From: Nemertoderma westbladi
Taxonomy: Eukaryota; Animalia; Xenacoelomorpha
Assembly: GCA_032718475.1 (NCBI GenBank)
Contig: JAUCBJ010001221.1
Location: 1-64,000, forward strand
Reading direction: 5' to 3'
DNA: 64,000 bases
Part shown: one piece after another, positions 35,500-49,874 of the stretch
Numbering within the stretch: the first letter of the stretch is position 1
How the letters are laid out: the number at the start of each line of letters is the position of its first letter
Notes under the pieces: generated by a model
Database searches by the model: none
What the model saw: the letters and a program-made list of their open reading frames with translations, nothing else
Told to the model about the DNA's origin: nothing
Program-made: the position numbers and the translations under genes

Positions 35500-36770
35500 T
35501 TAAGTCACCGAGCATTTGTTGTTCCGAATTTGTTGATAACTGCAGATACAGAGTGGGTGTATGCTCTATGAAGTTGCAGCATCAATAGTGCCTCTAATCG
35601 TCCCTCCATCATTGTTGAGCGGATTGCAGCGTGTTTTCTCCATCTTGGAAAACAAGAGCTAGGCTTCTGCTGTATTTATGGGGAGGATGGTAAGGATCTG
35701 AAGCAGGATGGACATGTTGGGAATAGATCTCCACAGTGGCCCAATGCACTGAGTGCTGACTTTGGTCGTGCATCAGCTGGAACTCTCTTCCACTTCTTTT
35801 TCCACAGCTCATACTAGAAAGTCCTCATATAGTTGAGCTGAGCACTGTAGCTGTTCCCACTCTTCATCCTGTTTTCCAGCTGTAAAGATATGGGACTCAC
35901 CAAAGCTGAGCTCAATATCCTGTATTACCATCATGTCTAGTGCAGGGTAGTAATAATTGACCCTGTAGAAAACCTCAGTATCGCTTCTACTAGGGTGGTT
36001 GGCCTATAAACAGAACGTGATGCTGTCACTGGCTTGGAAAGTTGAATCCCCAATAACTCAGCAACAAGAGAAGCATCTTTGAATATTTTGGTAAACTTGT
36101 TTCTGTCCGGTTGCTATTGGGTTCGCAACAGATTCCATGGCATGTACAAGGTTCAGTCCTACAGTTTGCAGAACTCATGTTATTGGAAGAATACTCCCAG
36201 AGAGTTTTTCCAAAATGACAAGGGAAATTATAAAATCTGATTTGCAGATGGAGCACTCAAGGAGATTTGCAGTTTTTCTTGTCTCAGATGACTGCCAGTT
36301 CTTCATCTGACCTAGAGATTCCAGTACAAACCGTAATAGCTGTCGCAGTGTAACAACAGTGGCATGTCGTTCAACAAACTGGGTGTCGCATAAAGTTGTC
36401 AGTGTTTTCTTTGAAACATGTGTGTCCTCAGCATCAGGTTTTCAAAAGATCCATTCTTTTTTCACTAGATCTAAAGCATGAAGAAATATCCTTTATAACT
36501 GCCCCTATGTGGTTAATCCCTGGTACTGTTACAGACTTTGACACACTTAGGTTTAAGCAGTGCATGGTACAGTGAAAATAATGTGTTAGTGGCGCCTCCA
36601 TCAGAATGTAGCAGAGGCACCAAAGCGTTGACTTGCCATAGTACTCGCTCCATCATAGCATTGGCCAACACTTAGAATTCAGAACAAGGCCCATAGCAGA
36701 TACTTTGCCTAGCAGGGTTTCACCGATGGCAACACTAGTCAAAACTACTTTCGCTACTACCACCTGCAAA
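35500..36770 (-). pseudogene. hAT transposase remnant (Tip100/Zaphod-like)
   Basis: HYFHCTMHCLNL and LCDTQFVERH, plus a C-terminal dimerisation-like LPINTAEA..FSKM..STM..RLEAL. Confidence 0.75.
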
Positions 36771-38989
36771 TTTTAATTTAATAATAGAAATATCAATAAG
36801 AATTGTGCTTACTGAAATATAAATAAATAAATAAAAGTAAATATAATATAAATACTAAGTAAAATTATAATTTAAGTATAAATAATAAAGTATTATTTTC
36901 TTAATGTATAATGTGCTTACTGAAATATAAATAAATAAATAAATAAAAGTAAATATAATATAAATACTAGGTAAAATTATAATTAAAGTATAAATAATAA
37001 AGTATTATTTTCTTAATATTTAATGTATAACGTTTCTTCCACTATTGCCTCTCTTTCACTTGTTCCTTCTTGCGAAATGCGGCATGTTCACCAGCATCTT
37101 TAAGTTTTTTTCGAAAATGTTGCACTCTCTCGCGGTTTAAACGATTCCATTCCTCCAATTCCGGGTCAATTTTGGCCCTTTTTTTCTTTTTCTTCGGCTT
37201 TGGTTTTACCATTTTCCTAAAGTCAGAATAATCTGAGACTGAGAGTAACATGCTATAGGCCTACTTAGAAAGTTTCAGTTTAGGCTAAGCATTATGAAAC
37301 ACCGAGAATATAAATAATAAATAAAAAAATATATAATAATATAAATAGAAAAGTTAAGTTAATTTAATAAAAATTAAAATAATTAAATTAAAAGAGAAAA
37401 GTTCTCGCAGAGTGCAGTTTTTCTGTACAGTCCAAAAGACCCTGACCAAATTTCAGTATGATGTTCACGTTCAGAATTATCATCCCTAGGTTCAGAATGA
37501 GATGCTTAGTCCGCAGCAACATATTCCTCAGCACATAAAATGCGTCTATAGGCTTGACTGGCGTTGCTGGGAGGTAAAACAGCATCATAGGTTTTATTTT
37601 GTAATGTCTTGAATGTACTATAGATTCACATACGTGTTCTATACTGTCTGCAGTACCTGGGAACCGCTGATTGCAATAGCTAACACAATGAATGCTGCAG
37701 TGATGTGGCGTCAGCTTTGGCATGAGAATTTGGAAAAATTAATTTCCATGTTATCGTTGAGATTGTACTGTTATCGTTGAGTGATCACTTATATAGCACG
37801 CTCCACTCTAGGGAAGAAATACATGCATGGCAATGGCATGCAACTGGCATGGAAATGAATACAAGGCCCTGCCAAATTCTACCCAGCGATTCAAACGTTG
37901 AATACTTCTGTTCTTACTACAAAATATATTTATATATTTACACATATTTACAGGTTTTGTGACTGTCAACAGTTAATTTATCAGGATCTAATTTTATCTA
38001 AAGGTTTAGATTTGCTAAATTCGTTCAGTCATATTTGAGGCAACTGTGGCTTTGGGTCCGTTGCAGAACCAATCACTGAAAAAAGGACTACATTAAATTA
38101 ATTAGGACTGATTAAAAAGGACTGTATAGTGCATATGCCACAATTTGATATGATCATCCCAGTTTCCATCTTGTAATTGTTTTATAGTAAGTTTAATATC
38201 ACATGCAAATGGCGACTTTTGATAATTAGGCAATTCTTTGGCATTTTCTCACACGCTTCTTTTTCGACTGCAAATAGCTGCTTCTTTACATCTGGTTTAC
38301 TGTGTTTCAATATCTGATTTATACATGCTGCTGCTGCATGAATATCGGCGCGATCGATCAAACACTTAATTTGGGTCAACAAGGACAAAGTCAAAGAATC
38401 GGTTCTCCAATCGCTGCAAATACAAGTCCCACTGTCGTACGTTTAGTTTTCTTTTGGTATACAGTATTAGTAGTAGTAATACAAGTAGGTATTAGTGTTG
38501 AGGTCGTTGATAAACAATTGTTGCATTGAATCCAGAGGACTTTTCCCTTCGGCACAAATGTTTTTAAAGTTTGACATAGTACTGAATATTATTATATAGA
38601 TATTGGTTTATGTAGATTATATAAAACACATTTTTTAGATTAGAACACAATAGATTTTATAGTTATCAATTCGCGATTACAATGAATATAGTAACCACCA
38701 CCACCCCCCCCCCCCCCCCCAGTTCAATTTCATTATGGCGACATATTTATTTAATTTACTACCTTTCTTCAAGAGCTATAGTTGGGGGATCGGGATCACT
38801 CTCAACTTCATCACTATCAACTTTATCGCTAACCTCGTCCTGGTACTTAGAATGGGGTTTTCTTTTGTGCAGTTTCATATTCTCTCTATCTGTATTCAAA
38901 TCGATCGAGACAACTTTGAAGGGCACCTGCTTCATAGGCTACAATCGACCAAATGAACAAGGGGAATAATATATAAAATGAATAGTCTA

Positions 38990-39720
38990 ACTTCCATGGC
39001 TTTCCAGCGATCAATTGCGATAAGGCTATGTAAAATTATTGCATACAAATGGTTTCAAGTTTGAAATAAAGCCTGAAAATTTTAGACGATCACTTGCCCT
39101 TAGAGTAGCAGGCGAGTTCAGCTTGGGTGTTACCAAAAGACACAACAGATTACGCACCACATCAAGATAAACCAATTACATTTGACCCAGTACAACATCG
39201 AATACTAACTAAGTCAACAGAAAGAGTTTCAAAGGGTGTTCTGCTTACAGCATGGTGGTGAATTCTAAATGGTTTCTGAAAGAATTATTATTTCTCAAAT
39301 CTCCAGGTGTAACAGGAAAACAGGTAGGCCTACGTTTCTTTATTGAAGCACAAGAATGACAAGACCATCGCTACAACCAGAACAATGATTATAACAGGTG
39401 CACAGTACATACAAACGACTTTGTAGGGGCAACAATTAAAAATATAAACTTAAGTTTCTTAGATTTAATATGCTCATCAAATCGAGTAGATTTAATATGC
39501 TCATCAAATCGAGTAGATTTAATATGCTCATCAAATCGAGTAATGTCACAAATAAGAGGACTCAAAAATTCCTTCAGTGGAGTCTAGCCATTGCCGAAAT
39601 ATATACATGCCACTATGACGTCTATAGCAACTTCAACTGGTTTGCATAACATACACCAAAAACCTATTGACTGGGACTTGAATGTTGGTAAACCATCAAT
39701 GTTAACAAGTACATGATGTA
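38990..39720 (-). pseudogene. EnSpm/CMC-type transposase remnant, cut by a LINE insertion
   Basis: VNIDGLPTFKSQSIGFWCML, IYFG, IVAPTKSF and SCHSC. It contains a 27-bp x3 tandem repeat (about 39460-39541). Confidence 0.6.
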
Positions 39721-41890
39721 TTGATGATGCATTGAATTTGAAATGGTACTGATGATGGTAAATTGTTCCAGATGATTGGTGAAACTTGGAAAATTGACTG
39801 TTCACGCACACGAAGTGAATTTCTTACTCTGAAACAATTTTGGGACTGTGAATTTCTCGTTTCATAGTTATGGATAACTGAAACAGGTGTGAGCAAGGCC
39901 GGTAAGATATCGTGGGGAAGGAGACCATTGATAAACTTAAATGATAATAGGGCAATTTGAAAAATAAAAATGTTACAAATAGTTAAGGGTGAAAATGAGG
40001 GATCGTGTTGTTCTATGATATTTATGGCTTTATGATGTTTTCTATTTAAATTGGAAATGGAAATGGTAGGAGTTTGCGCCGACTTATTTTTTTGTTTATT
40101 TGATAAATTTGATGTTTCCAGTTTAATTTCTCATCTATAATAACACCTAAAAATTTAGCATGTTGAACACGTAGTAATTCATTGTTGTTAATGGAAAGAG
40201 GGTGTGACAATAATGTGGATTTATTACCAGGTTGGAAAATTATACGGTTCGTTTTTTTAATATTTAGTGACAGTCTATTAGCACAAAACCACGTATTGAG
40301 TTTAGATAATTCGATATTTGCATTTTCAATCAATTTAGTATTGTCACAGTGTGCTATAACTATATTTGTATCATCTGCATAAAGAGTAAAGTTAACAATA
40401 GTTGATGTATTTGTGATATCATTGACGTAAATCAAAAATAATAGTGGACCCAGGATCGATCGACCCTTGTGGAACCCCATATTCTACGTCTACCAGATCT
40501 GATCGCTTATTATCTATTACTACATATTGTTTTCTATTTGATAAATAGTTCTGAAACCATTTCAGTGGCGTTCCCTTGATGCCATACTGTTGCCATGGTT
40601 GACAGTATCAAAGGCCTTAGAAAGGTCAATTGATATTGCCATGGTTGAAAGTTTTTTTATCAATGCATGCAGTAATGTTGTCTAAAAGTGTTAGTAATGC
40701 AATATCGGTTGACATATTAGGCCGAAATCCGAATTGACAATTCGACAAAATACCGTGTAGTTCGAGGTGATTTAGCAATTGTTGTTGTGCCACTTTTTCC
40801 AAGAGTTTCGAAAAGAAAGGCAACACTGAAATTGGGCGGTAATTTTGAGGGGATGTGGCTTCACCAGCTTTGAAAACAGGAACTACTTTACTATTTTAAG
40901 GTCATCTGGGATTTTACCGGTGTAAAGAGAGGAATTGATAATGTAAGTAATAGGTTGTATAATACAGTGAAGTGTAGGAATTGCTATTTTGGCACTGGTA
41001 TCATCATGGCCGGGACTAACTTTTTGGCTGAGACTTGATGCCATTAATAAAATGTCATCTGTAGAAACTTCCTGAAAGTAAAGTAACTTCTCTAGTTTTT
41101 TGAGGGGGGTTATGTATTTTAGTGGGCAATCAGGCACATTTGGAATCTTGGAATCTAGTTGTTTCCCTACATTGGCATAGTAATTGCTAAAAACTCTTGG
41201 CAATTTTGGAAGACTCAGTTGAAGTTGATGAGTTATGAATAATAAGTTGAGTGAGCCGATTTTTTTGAAATTTTATGGTTTATAAGTAGGTTTATAGATT
41301 TCCAAAGTTGCCTTACAGTATGTTTTTTCTCATCAAGTGCGTCTTCAAAATATTTTATTTTAGCCTTCCGAATAATATTTCTCAAGGAATTTCGATACCT
41401 GATAAATTATCCATAGTGGCCGAAGTCCCAGATTTCAGCCAATCACGATACAGCCTGTCCTTTTTGTTTATACAATGGATTACATTTTGAGGAATCCATG
41501 GTGTTTTGGGATTTGCAATTTTAATGCGTTTTATTGGAAATTAATCATTATATAATTGATTATAGGTAGCAATAAAAGTGTTATACAAAGCATTGGTGTC
41601 ATCACTCTCTAAACCACGTGTCAGTAGGTTTTCCCAGTCAATCTGAGACAGATTATGTTTAAATTCATTAATTTGTTGGGGCTTACACTGCCGTTTAAAG
41701 ATATAATTTTTATTTGCTTTGCCAAGAGGAACATTTGTAGACAGTGAGCTTAATAAAATAATTGGTAAGTGGTCTGTAATACCCGTAACAAGAACGCCGG
41801 ATTTTATTGAGTTTGGTAGAGAGTTTATGGAAATGTTGTCAATAAGAGTTGCAGAAGTCTCTGTAATTCTGTCGGGTTGGTCCTTTCGGC
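39720..41890 (-). mobile_element. CR1/L2-group LINE ORF2 remnant (APE end plus RT)
   Basis: RITETSATLIDNI, TDHLPI, QFGFRP, SILGPLLFLIYVND, LYADDT, KFLGVIIDEKLNWK, HNYETRN and IWNNLP. Confidence 0.88.
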
Positions 41891-41914
41891 CAATCTTTTA
41901 ATTTCTTTTAATTC

Positions 41915-43077
41915 TTTCTTCAAGGCCTTTGATTCAGTCTCTCACTCACGTATGTTCAGCATACTTTCATTATATGGGATTCCTGATGAAATTATTGCAG
42001 CAATCAGATCAGTATACGATGGTTCGACAACATTTGTATCTACTGTTGACGGTGACACAGAACCATTTGAAGTGTTATGGGGCGTCCTCCAAGGAGACAC
42101 ACTTGCACCATTCTTGTTCATTATTGTGGTTGACTATGTTCTACGCATGTCCTTAGATCATCATAATGATGATGGGGTGATGATAACTCCACCTACTGGC
42201 TCCAGAAGTCGAGGAAATCCTGCCAAGTACCTAACTGATCTAGACTTTGCTGATGACTTAGGAGTACTCTCAGAATCATTAGAGGGAGCCCAGCGGCTCC
42301 TCAGCTCATTAGAACATGCTGCTTCTAGTGTTGGTCTTTTTATTAACTCCAGAAAGACCAAAATTCTGACAGTTAACTTTGAAAGTCCTCAGCAAGTCTC
42401 TGATCGGATGTGCATAAGCTCAAAGGATGGTATGCTTGAGCATGTGGACGACTTCTGTTACCTGGGATCATGGATCCGGAAGTCAGGTGAGGACCTTCGA
42501 ATACGTAAGGGAAAGGCATGGGCAGCCTTGAATAGGCTTTCCAGGATTTGGAAGTCACCTAGAATTAATCGGAAACTTAAGGTCCGATTATTTAGAGCAG
42601 CAGTAGTTCCAGTACTCCTCTACGGGAGTCCATGCTGGGCTCTAACTGCTGAGGACACCAAATCTCTGGATGGCACATTCACAAGAATGCTACGCCGGGT
42701 ACATTGTGTCAAGTACAATGCACACATCTCCAACCAGACACTATATAACATTGGAGGTGTCTCATTGGTTCCCCCAAGCTTGACACTAGAACAAAATCGC
42801 CTCCGCTTTGCAGGACATTGCTTTCGCCGTGAGGACCAGCCAGTGCATAATCTTGTACTTTGGCAGCCTCATGGAGTGAATAAGCATGGTGGACAGCCCA
42901 TGACTTTCTTGAGACGCATCTTAAAGGACACTGGCCTTAAAGATGCGGATGATCTAGCAAATGTCATGGGTGATAGGGAGTTGTGGCGGTGCAATTTTGT
43001 TGACAAGCCGGCACAGCATTCTTAAAAATGCAGCTGCAATGCAGCATGCCGATCCTAGTAGTAGTAGTAGTAGTAGT
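41915..43077 (+). mobile_element. RTE-clade LINE, 5'-truncated, open RT C-terminal half, (TAG)n tail
   Basis: KAFDSVSH, GVLQGDTLAPFLF, DLDFADDL, FCYLGS, VLLYGS..W and RLRFAGHC, with a tagtag tail at 43056-43077. Confidence 0.92.
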
Positions 43078-43139
43078 ATAAAGTGACCCATGTGGGAGTG
43101 AGGTCAATTAGATTGAGTATGTCAGGATCTATGCCCTCT

Positions 43140-43620
43140 AAAATATTAAGAAGGATGGTGGCCATAGATATGGAAAGTGGGAGGGAAATAGAATTAAAGC
43201 AAGAAAAAATAGACCATGAAAATAGAGAGAGAAGAATGGAAAAGGAAAGAGTGGAGTGAGATAAAGAATTAGAGAAGTTGAGAGAGGAACAAGAAGTGGA
43301 AGAGAAAGTGGAAAGGGTGAGAAAGCGAAAAATATTGAGAGCAGAAAGGGAAGAGGAGAGAGTGAGAAAATAAGGCGAGAGGTGAGAGAGTGATTAAATA
43401 GAACAGCACTGGAACAAGAAGAAAGTAGAAAGAGGAGAGAAAAATTAGCTAAACAAAATAGATAAAATAGACAGAATGTTATCAATAAAATAGATAGAAT
43501 AGATATAAAATAAAAGATGAAATAAACCAATTAGTGACAATGGGGTTTTTGGTGAGTGGAAGGGAAGAATGCGCACTGAGTGGGGTGAAAGTGTTGTGGA
43601 TAATAAATGTAAAGGTGCCA
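43140..43620. repeat. Purine-rich (A/G) low-complexity tract
   Basis: Strong A/G bias; the minus-strand ORFs here are F/L/S-rich artefacts. Confidence 0.7.
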
Positions 43621-46049
43621 TAGACAAAATAACCTCAGAACCATCTAGCTGTATATATTAAACTGAGCTGCTAGATGCCCTGCAAGAGCATGGCATCTGG
43701 GCCTGTTTCCATGTATATTGATCAACACTAAGTCCAAAATTTAGGATTACCTCACGAGTCTCATGTTTGTACCTCTTGATCACCCATTTCTTATAACTTC
43801 CATTCTCTTGCTAAATAGGCGAATCATGACCCTCCTTGGGCTAAGGTGTCGAATTGAGATGATTTCTTTGTGAATGAGATCGGGACGGGATCGTTTATAG
43901 CAATCATCAAGCTGGGATACCGTGGTGGTGAGATTATCCACCTCCCAACAATATCAATGAAGCACAAACCATTACATCTGGAAAGACCAGCGGTTTTGCC
44001 CGAGTTACCAAGTAACATCAACAACTTAATAAAGTCACCCGATCTTCAGGGGTTCGCCTTGTACATGGAGAGACAGGGGTATGTTGATATTAATATAAAT
44101 TTTTTTACAAACTATTAATTCGACAAGCACTCATACAATAATTATTGACAGCATACATAATAATAAGTAACATTTAATGATGGGGATGGGCGTGGCGGGG
44201 AGACTTAAAAATATTATTCTAAAGAATAATGAAGATTATAAATATTTTGAGTGGTTTGAGATTATTATAATCCCTAGGGTCCAACATAGAGGCATCAGAT
44301 TGTAAGGCCATAAAGACGTAAATTGAAATCCACCAGTTCAATCCAACCTGAACGTCATATACAACACAACTAAACTTACATATTTTAAATTTTTTAGACA
44401 ACAATGAAGAAGGTTTGCGGTGGAACCGTTTGTCGTTGCCTGAAGGCGATAATAGTTTGTGTGGGTGCTATAAGCAATCCTTGCCGTCCATGTGGGCGCT
44501 GTCCACCGCTTTAAATTTACCGGTGGTGAGGGATGGAGAGGGTAAATATCCCATGAGTTTACCTCATTCCGATTCACTGGGTGGATTCTCTCTGAGGAAC
44601 ATCAGAAAGTAAGTGATTTAAATGTTCGAATTCTATACTAATTTACTAATTATTATATTGTTCTCTAAGTTTGTCAGAATAAATTTATAATGTGGGCTTA
44701 ATATATATTTTCAAATATAAGCCTGGCTGATTGATGCTTGTGACACCTTCACTGGTTGCTGCTTACTTGCAATTAAGTTGAATTCATCGAGTTTAATTGA
44801 TTTTATCTGCTCTGGATTAACAAATAGACCCGCTTTTATAGCAGTTGTGAAACTGAAATTGACTTCGAAGGATAGGCTGAGCTTAGATTCTGGGGAGGAT
44901 TTATTGATGAACATTCATCAGTCAAATGAGGTTTCTGTACTACACTTGGTTTACCTCCCTGTCGTCGAAATGTTGGGTGATTTCCCTCCAGGCTGACCAA
45001 TCTTACTTCCGACTGCAGCACTTGGAGTTTGGGTAAATTTGATGAGGAAAACCTTCTTCTGTTGAACGTTTCTGTACATACTGGCCCATGATCAGACCCC
45101 AAGACAATGCAATCACTTTCTTGGAAGTAAACCTGGCATGCAGCCACAATGTTTGCAATACTCAGCTCATTCAAGTTTTCGAATGGAATGATGTGTTTCT
45201 ATTGGGTTGTATTTATTTAGCCAACCGGTTTCATATGACATTCTTTCCACATTAAGCCACAGTGGGACCCCATCGATTTTTTCTGACGTTTATCCACCAG
45301 CTTGGCTTCAAGGACCTTGATATTCTGAAACTGCTTCCTTCCAGACATTTTCTATATAACAGCAGTACCTACTGCAGTAATAATGTATTAATGCTACCGG
45401 TAGTTATTTAAGTAGGTTAAGTAGGTGGCCTAATACTTATCTTAAACATTAAAATACTTTCAGGCCTATACTATGTATACAGTCAGACTATATATTATAT
45501 TACAGAACTGCAGTGTAACACATGATGGTACCTGTACCGGTGGCCCAGATGGGCCAGGATAACATTGTTTTCTATTTGATTGGCCCTGATGGGCCATGCG
45601 GTATTTTTTTCTTATGCAAGAAAATTAATAAACCCCACACGTGGCCCATTGATTTTTTAGTTTCTTTTTAATTTTTATTAATTTTAAATTTTTATTTTTT
45701 TTATTTATTTATTTTATATTTTTTTTTCCTTTTTTTATTTTTTATTTTATTTCTTCTAATTTTTAATTTATTTTATTATTTCTTTGTTATAAAGTTGAAG
45801 GCTTCAATAGGCCACCATACTGCAGACTGTGGATACATGGATTACAGTGCCGTTAAGGACAGACAGTAATGAATGGACATACAAAATGATACTAGACTGA
45901 TCCCATCAGATTACAGACTTTAATAAAAATACATATAAATTTTCTTTGTTTCAGATTATTGACCATTCTAAATAAAGAACTGATAACATTACAATAACTG
46001 ATAACATTACACTAATTACATCAACTCTAGCCTCAACCAATACAATATT

Positions 46050-46690
46050 ATATGCACCTTTCTTGGTTCAAAATATATTCCTGGTTAGAATGGGTGTGTG
46101 TTAGCATGGAACCTTTTTCATTTGTGACAGACCCACTGACCTGTAACTACTCCAACCGAAATCCAATTTCAGTGAATATATTTATGAAGTATATGGATCG
46201 TTTGTCAAACACATCGATACAAAAATTGCAGACAACCAACCTGCTGTACAAAGTTTGTATTAATGTTAGATGGATGAACAAAGGGTAGTACACATTATGT
46301 GGCTGTCTTTGTTTCATTTCCTGAAGCTGCTGCATCAGACGTCAGACCCAGAGGGATTCTCCACTTTGCTTTACATTCATTCACACCCATACTAAAAGAA
46401 ACTGAATTTACAGCAGCTACTACAGTAGTCATCTTTTTTTTATTGGATGTTGGCAATAACATATACAAAAATCAATGGATAATGTCATATGCTTACGAAA
46501 TTGAGCAACTTGTGTGAGAAGCAATTTTTTGTTTGTACATCACATCGATTTAACCTTGCTGTAATTAGGGAAATTGAGAAACACAATCCCACATTAAATA
46601 GATTGAATGCACTTTTGGGGAAGCTAAAGAACCTAAAGTTGGCAAGGCCACTATGGATTACGGAAGTACACCATTTCAATCATTAACACA
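46050..46690 (+). pseudogene. hAT-like transposase remnant
   Basis: IYSWLEW...EPFSFV...PIS...MKYM, LDGW...HYVAVF and CTSHRFNLAV (CxxH). Confidence 0.65.
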
Positions 46691-47994
46691 TGCATAACAA
46701 CAGGTTTTTATATCACTTAGCATCCAGGTCCGGTCCACCACCCACAGGGGAATTATGTGAGGTGACTTTTGGCACATCCAAGAATCAGGATGAGGACTTT
46801 GCATCAGTGTGGGGCGAGCGACGGAAGTAAGTGACCTTTGCATACAGGTACCACTAACTCAATCGGTATGTCTGTTAATAACTCTGCCAAATATTAATGG
46901 AATTTATCCAAACTTGGTACACATGTAGTCTGGCAAAAGTTTAGAAATTTTCCAAGTTGAATATCCGTGTGGCCTTTGAGAAGCTAAGATGATATCAGTT
47001 AATTAAGTTGATTAGTGCAAAACAGCATTTTCAACCTGCCTCTTAAAGGATATTAATGATTTTCTAGTATAAGATTTAAATAATTATACTTAATTATACA
47101 ACTGTATTCACCATACCCCATTCTATTATAGTTTTTAATTAGTTCAAGAGATTTGCTTTAAGAAAGGTGTTATTAATTGAACTAAACATAATAAGTTAAA
47201 ATGCATTCCATCACTCTATACTTCCACCTCAATCATTCCTTGGCATTCTTGATATTGCCTATTAGATGGGAACCAGTCCAATCATCACACCACTACTTGG
47301 CAACGGGTAATTACATCTATAGGACATGAGGCAGGCACTACTAGTGTAACTAATCCGCCAGCTTGCTTTATCTTGCACAATGATTGGCTGAATTAAATCG
47401 TGATTATTTATTTAGATATTAGCTAAATAATGTCGTTGAGGCATTGACATAATAAGTTAATATTTCAGTATCAATACTATCTCCATATGGTAAGTTTTAA
47501 TAATTTTTAAAAATTTGGTTGCCTCCACACCTAAAAATATATTACTTTTAAAACTCTAATTTTCTGTTAATACCTCTCTGTTAATACCTCTCTGTTAATA
47601 CCGCTCCTTTGCGGTTGGGGTGGTGCAGATTAAGAGGGTGGTTGAAGCGAGGGAGGGAACTTTCATCTCTTCTTTGATTTATTCTTATTGGTAGTTTGGT
47701 TAAATTTCTTAATTATTTAAATTTCTTAAGTACCGATTTTGGGATAGAATTGCACAATTTTAATCTGTATCTGATAACTGACCCTGGTCCTGCGCAATGG
47801 CCCCACAAAGGTGTTGCTAAAGATGTGTAAACTCTATGAATCACTTTATGTCGACTGTAGTTTCCTTAATACCCCCACAAGTGATATTGTGGAGCAATTA
47901 TTTTAGCCTTGCATGATATTGTTTCAATAATTTACATTGTAGCTTACTCCCTTTGAACTTAGAAATATGGGGTGCTGTTCGTGCCAAAAGTCGA

Positions 47995-48182
47995 TGAAAC
48001 TTCGGCTGGAGTTCTCGGTCTGAGTTCTTGGTCTGAGTTCATGGTCTGGGTTCTTGGTCCGAGTTCTCAGTTCGAGTTCTCAGCCATAATTTTCTGTCAG
48101 AGTTCTCGCTCCAGGTTCTTGACCCGGGTTATCTGTCGGAGTTATCAGTCCGAGTTCTCAGCCCGAGTTCTTGGCCCAAGTT
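47995..48182. repeat. Minisatellite, about 13-bp ccgagttctcggt-like units
   Basis: Repeated [gt]ccgagttct[ct][ag]g units. Confidence 0.75.
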
Positions 48183-48341
48183 ATTTAATTTTAAGAGCTA
48201 AATTATAAATTAGAGGTAATCTCAAAATTTATTTTCATTTCATAGCTCATGCATTCATTTTATTCTAAATTAGTACCTGGATAGGCCTAGGCTACTGACC
48301 GTACTTCAGTACTGATAGATTGATTACACCACGCCCCGGAA

Positions 48342-48630
48342 TACTACTACTACTACTAGGTCGAGCGAACTTGGACAGTGGAAATGAGATCCTTCCAGGT
48401 TTCCCGATTCTCCATAGTTGTCGCAATTTCGTTTTTCCCAAGTTCAGTATCCCTTTCAAGTTGATCTATATATGTTATGGCTGGTCGTCCACAACTATAC
48501 TTTCCATGAGTTGGTTGCCAGAAAAGTAGATCTGGTATGACCTCGTCTTTACTTCACCAGCAGTGCCCACTGAATCTTAATCTGCGTTCATGGAGGGTAG
48601 TTGATACAGGCGGTATTGTACCATAAAGCT
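48342..48630 (-). mobile_element. 3' fragment of a second RTE family with (TAG)n tail
   Basis: LYGTIPPVSTTLHERRLRFSGHCW..LLFWQP..GRP..TYIDQL, with (tac)n on the plus strand at 48342-48358. Confidence 0.85.
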
Positions 48631-49462
48631 TTAAAGCTTTTCTATTGGATTTAAGTCGGGGGAGTTCCCAGGCCCAGAACAGGACGTCAATATCCTTGGA
48701 GGCTAGGTATTGTTTGACCTTGATAGCTCTGTGTGGAGGAGCACCATCCTGCTGGAAGACAGTGGTGTCCAGGGCCCTCATAGCATCACCAAGTCGAGTT
48801 TCGAGTACCTCCAAGTAAACTTTGTGATTCATTGTTGTGCCATTTGGCAGGAACCACAATCTTCCCCGCCCATTCATGCTGAAGCACGTCCAAACCATAA
48901 CAGACGGTGGATGTTTGACAGTTGGTGCAGTGTATTTTAGGTTGTAGCGTTGAAGTGTTGGATGATGAACCCATATCCAGGTTGAGCCAAACTGTTTAAA
49001 CGTCGACTCGTCAGAGAACATAACCTTGGCCCAATCATCTGAGTTCCAGTGTTTATATCTATTACAAAATTTCAACCGATCTTTAATGTTTTTGGCTGAT
49101 AGAAACGGTTTCTTTGCTGGTCTTCGAGCAAAAAGGTTAAACTTCTTAACCAGCCGTTGTCGAATAGTTGACTGACTTACAAGTTTATTTCGACGATTCA
49201 GTAGTTGTTCCCGGATTTTAGAAGCAGAGAGGAATGGGTCAGCCTGACATATATTCCTAATAGTAAAATCTTCCTTGGGAGAAGTCACAGGAGGACGACT
49301 GGACCGTGGTCGGGAATTAAAGTTTCCCTGTTCTTCCGCTCGGTACACACTCCGTTCCGTTATGTTGAACTTTATGGCGATTTGTTTCACTGGAATGTGA
49401 AATGCACGAAGAGCCACAATTGCTGCCCGTTTCTTTGGAGTTAGTTCAGCCGTTTTCCCCAT
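48630..49462 (-). pseudogene. Tc1-family (DD34E-type) transposase truncated by the RTE insertion
   Basis: HTH N-terminus, ARRPAKKPFLS, VMFSDESTF, SVMVW and FQQDGAPPH. SPDLNPIE is present after a frameshift. Confidence 0.9.
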
Positions 49463-49874
49463 CTCTAAAGGTGATTTTAGAGTCTGTCAAGTATGAATAA
49501 TAGGGATATGCCTTAATACAGTAATTTATTACAGTACTGGTATTAAGAAAAATCACAAACTTTGAATCTCCCACCCCATCCAGAGGTATGATCAATGCAG
49601 GAATGATGGAAATAATGTAGTAACAGGATGTAAGGAATACGCCATGCTTTTTTTATTCAAAATGATGCAGTAGTTCATTCGAAAAATGGTGCTTTGTGTA
49701 CCAAAAAACGCAATTTTTGGCAGTTTTTCAAATTTTTGTTTCTTAAATTTGAAGGCTTTCCTCAAATCCAAAATAGCTGAGGATGGGCGCATTTGAACCG
49801 CAATAGTTGATTTGTGGGGGGTCCACATTACACTTTTTGGAAAATAATGTACATTTCAAAAATTAACTTGATTT

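Noticed and set aside
37042-37251. Basic K/R-rich ORF
   Set aside because: Resembles a transposase N-terminus or NLS, but no catalytic region follows.
43138-43627. Hydrophobic, membrane-protein-like ORFs
   Set aside because: Antisense translation of a purine-rich low-complexity tract.
44200-45330. Protein-like fragments (ELSIANIVAACQ..GSDHGPVC)
   Set aside because: Possibly a TE accessory-gene remnant; no family could be supported.
48554-49462. Novel Tc1-RT fusion protein
   Set aside because: The C-terminal LYGTIPP..RLRFSGHCW comes from an RTE insertion, joined by chance after a frameshift in the transposase.
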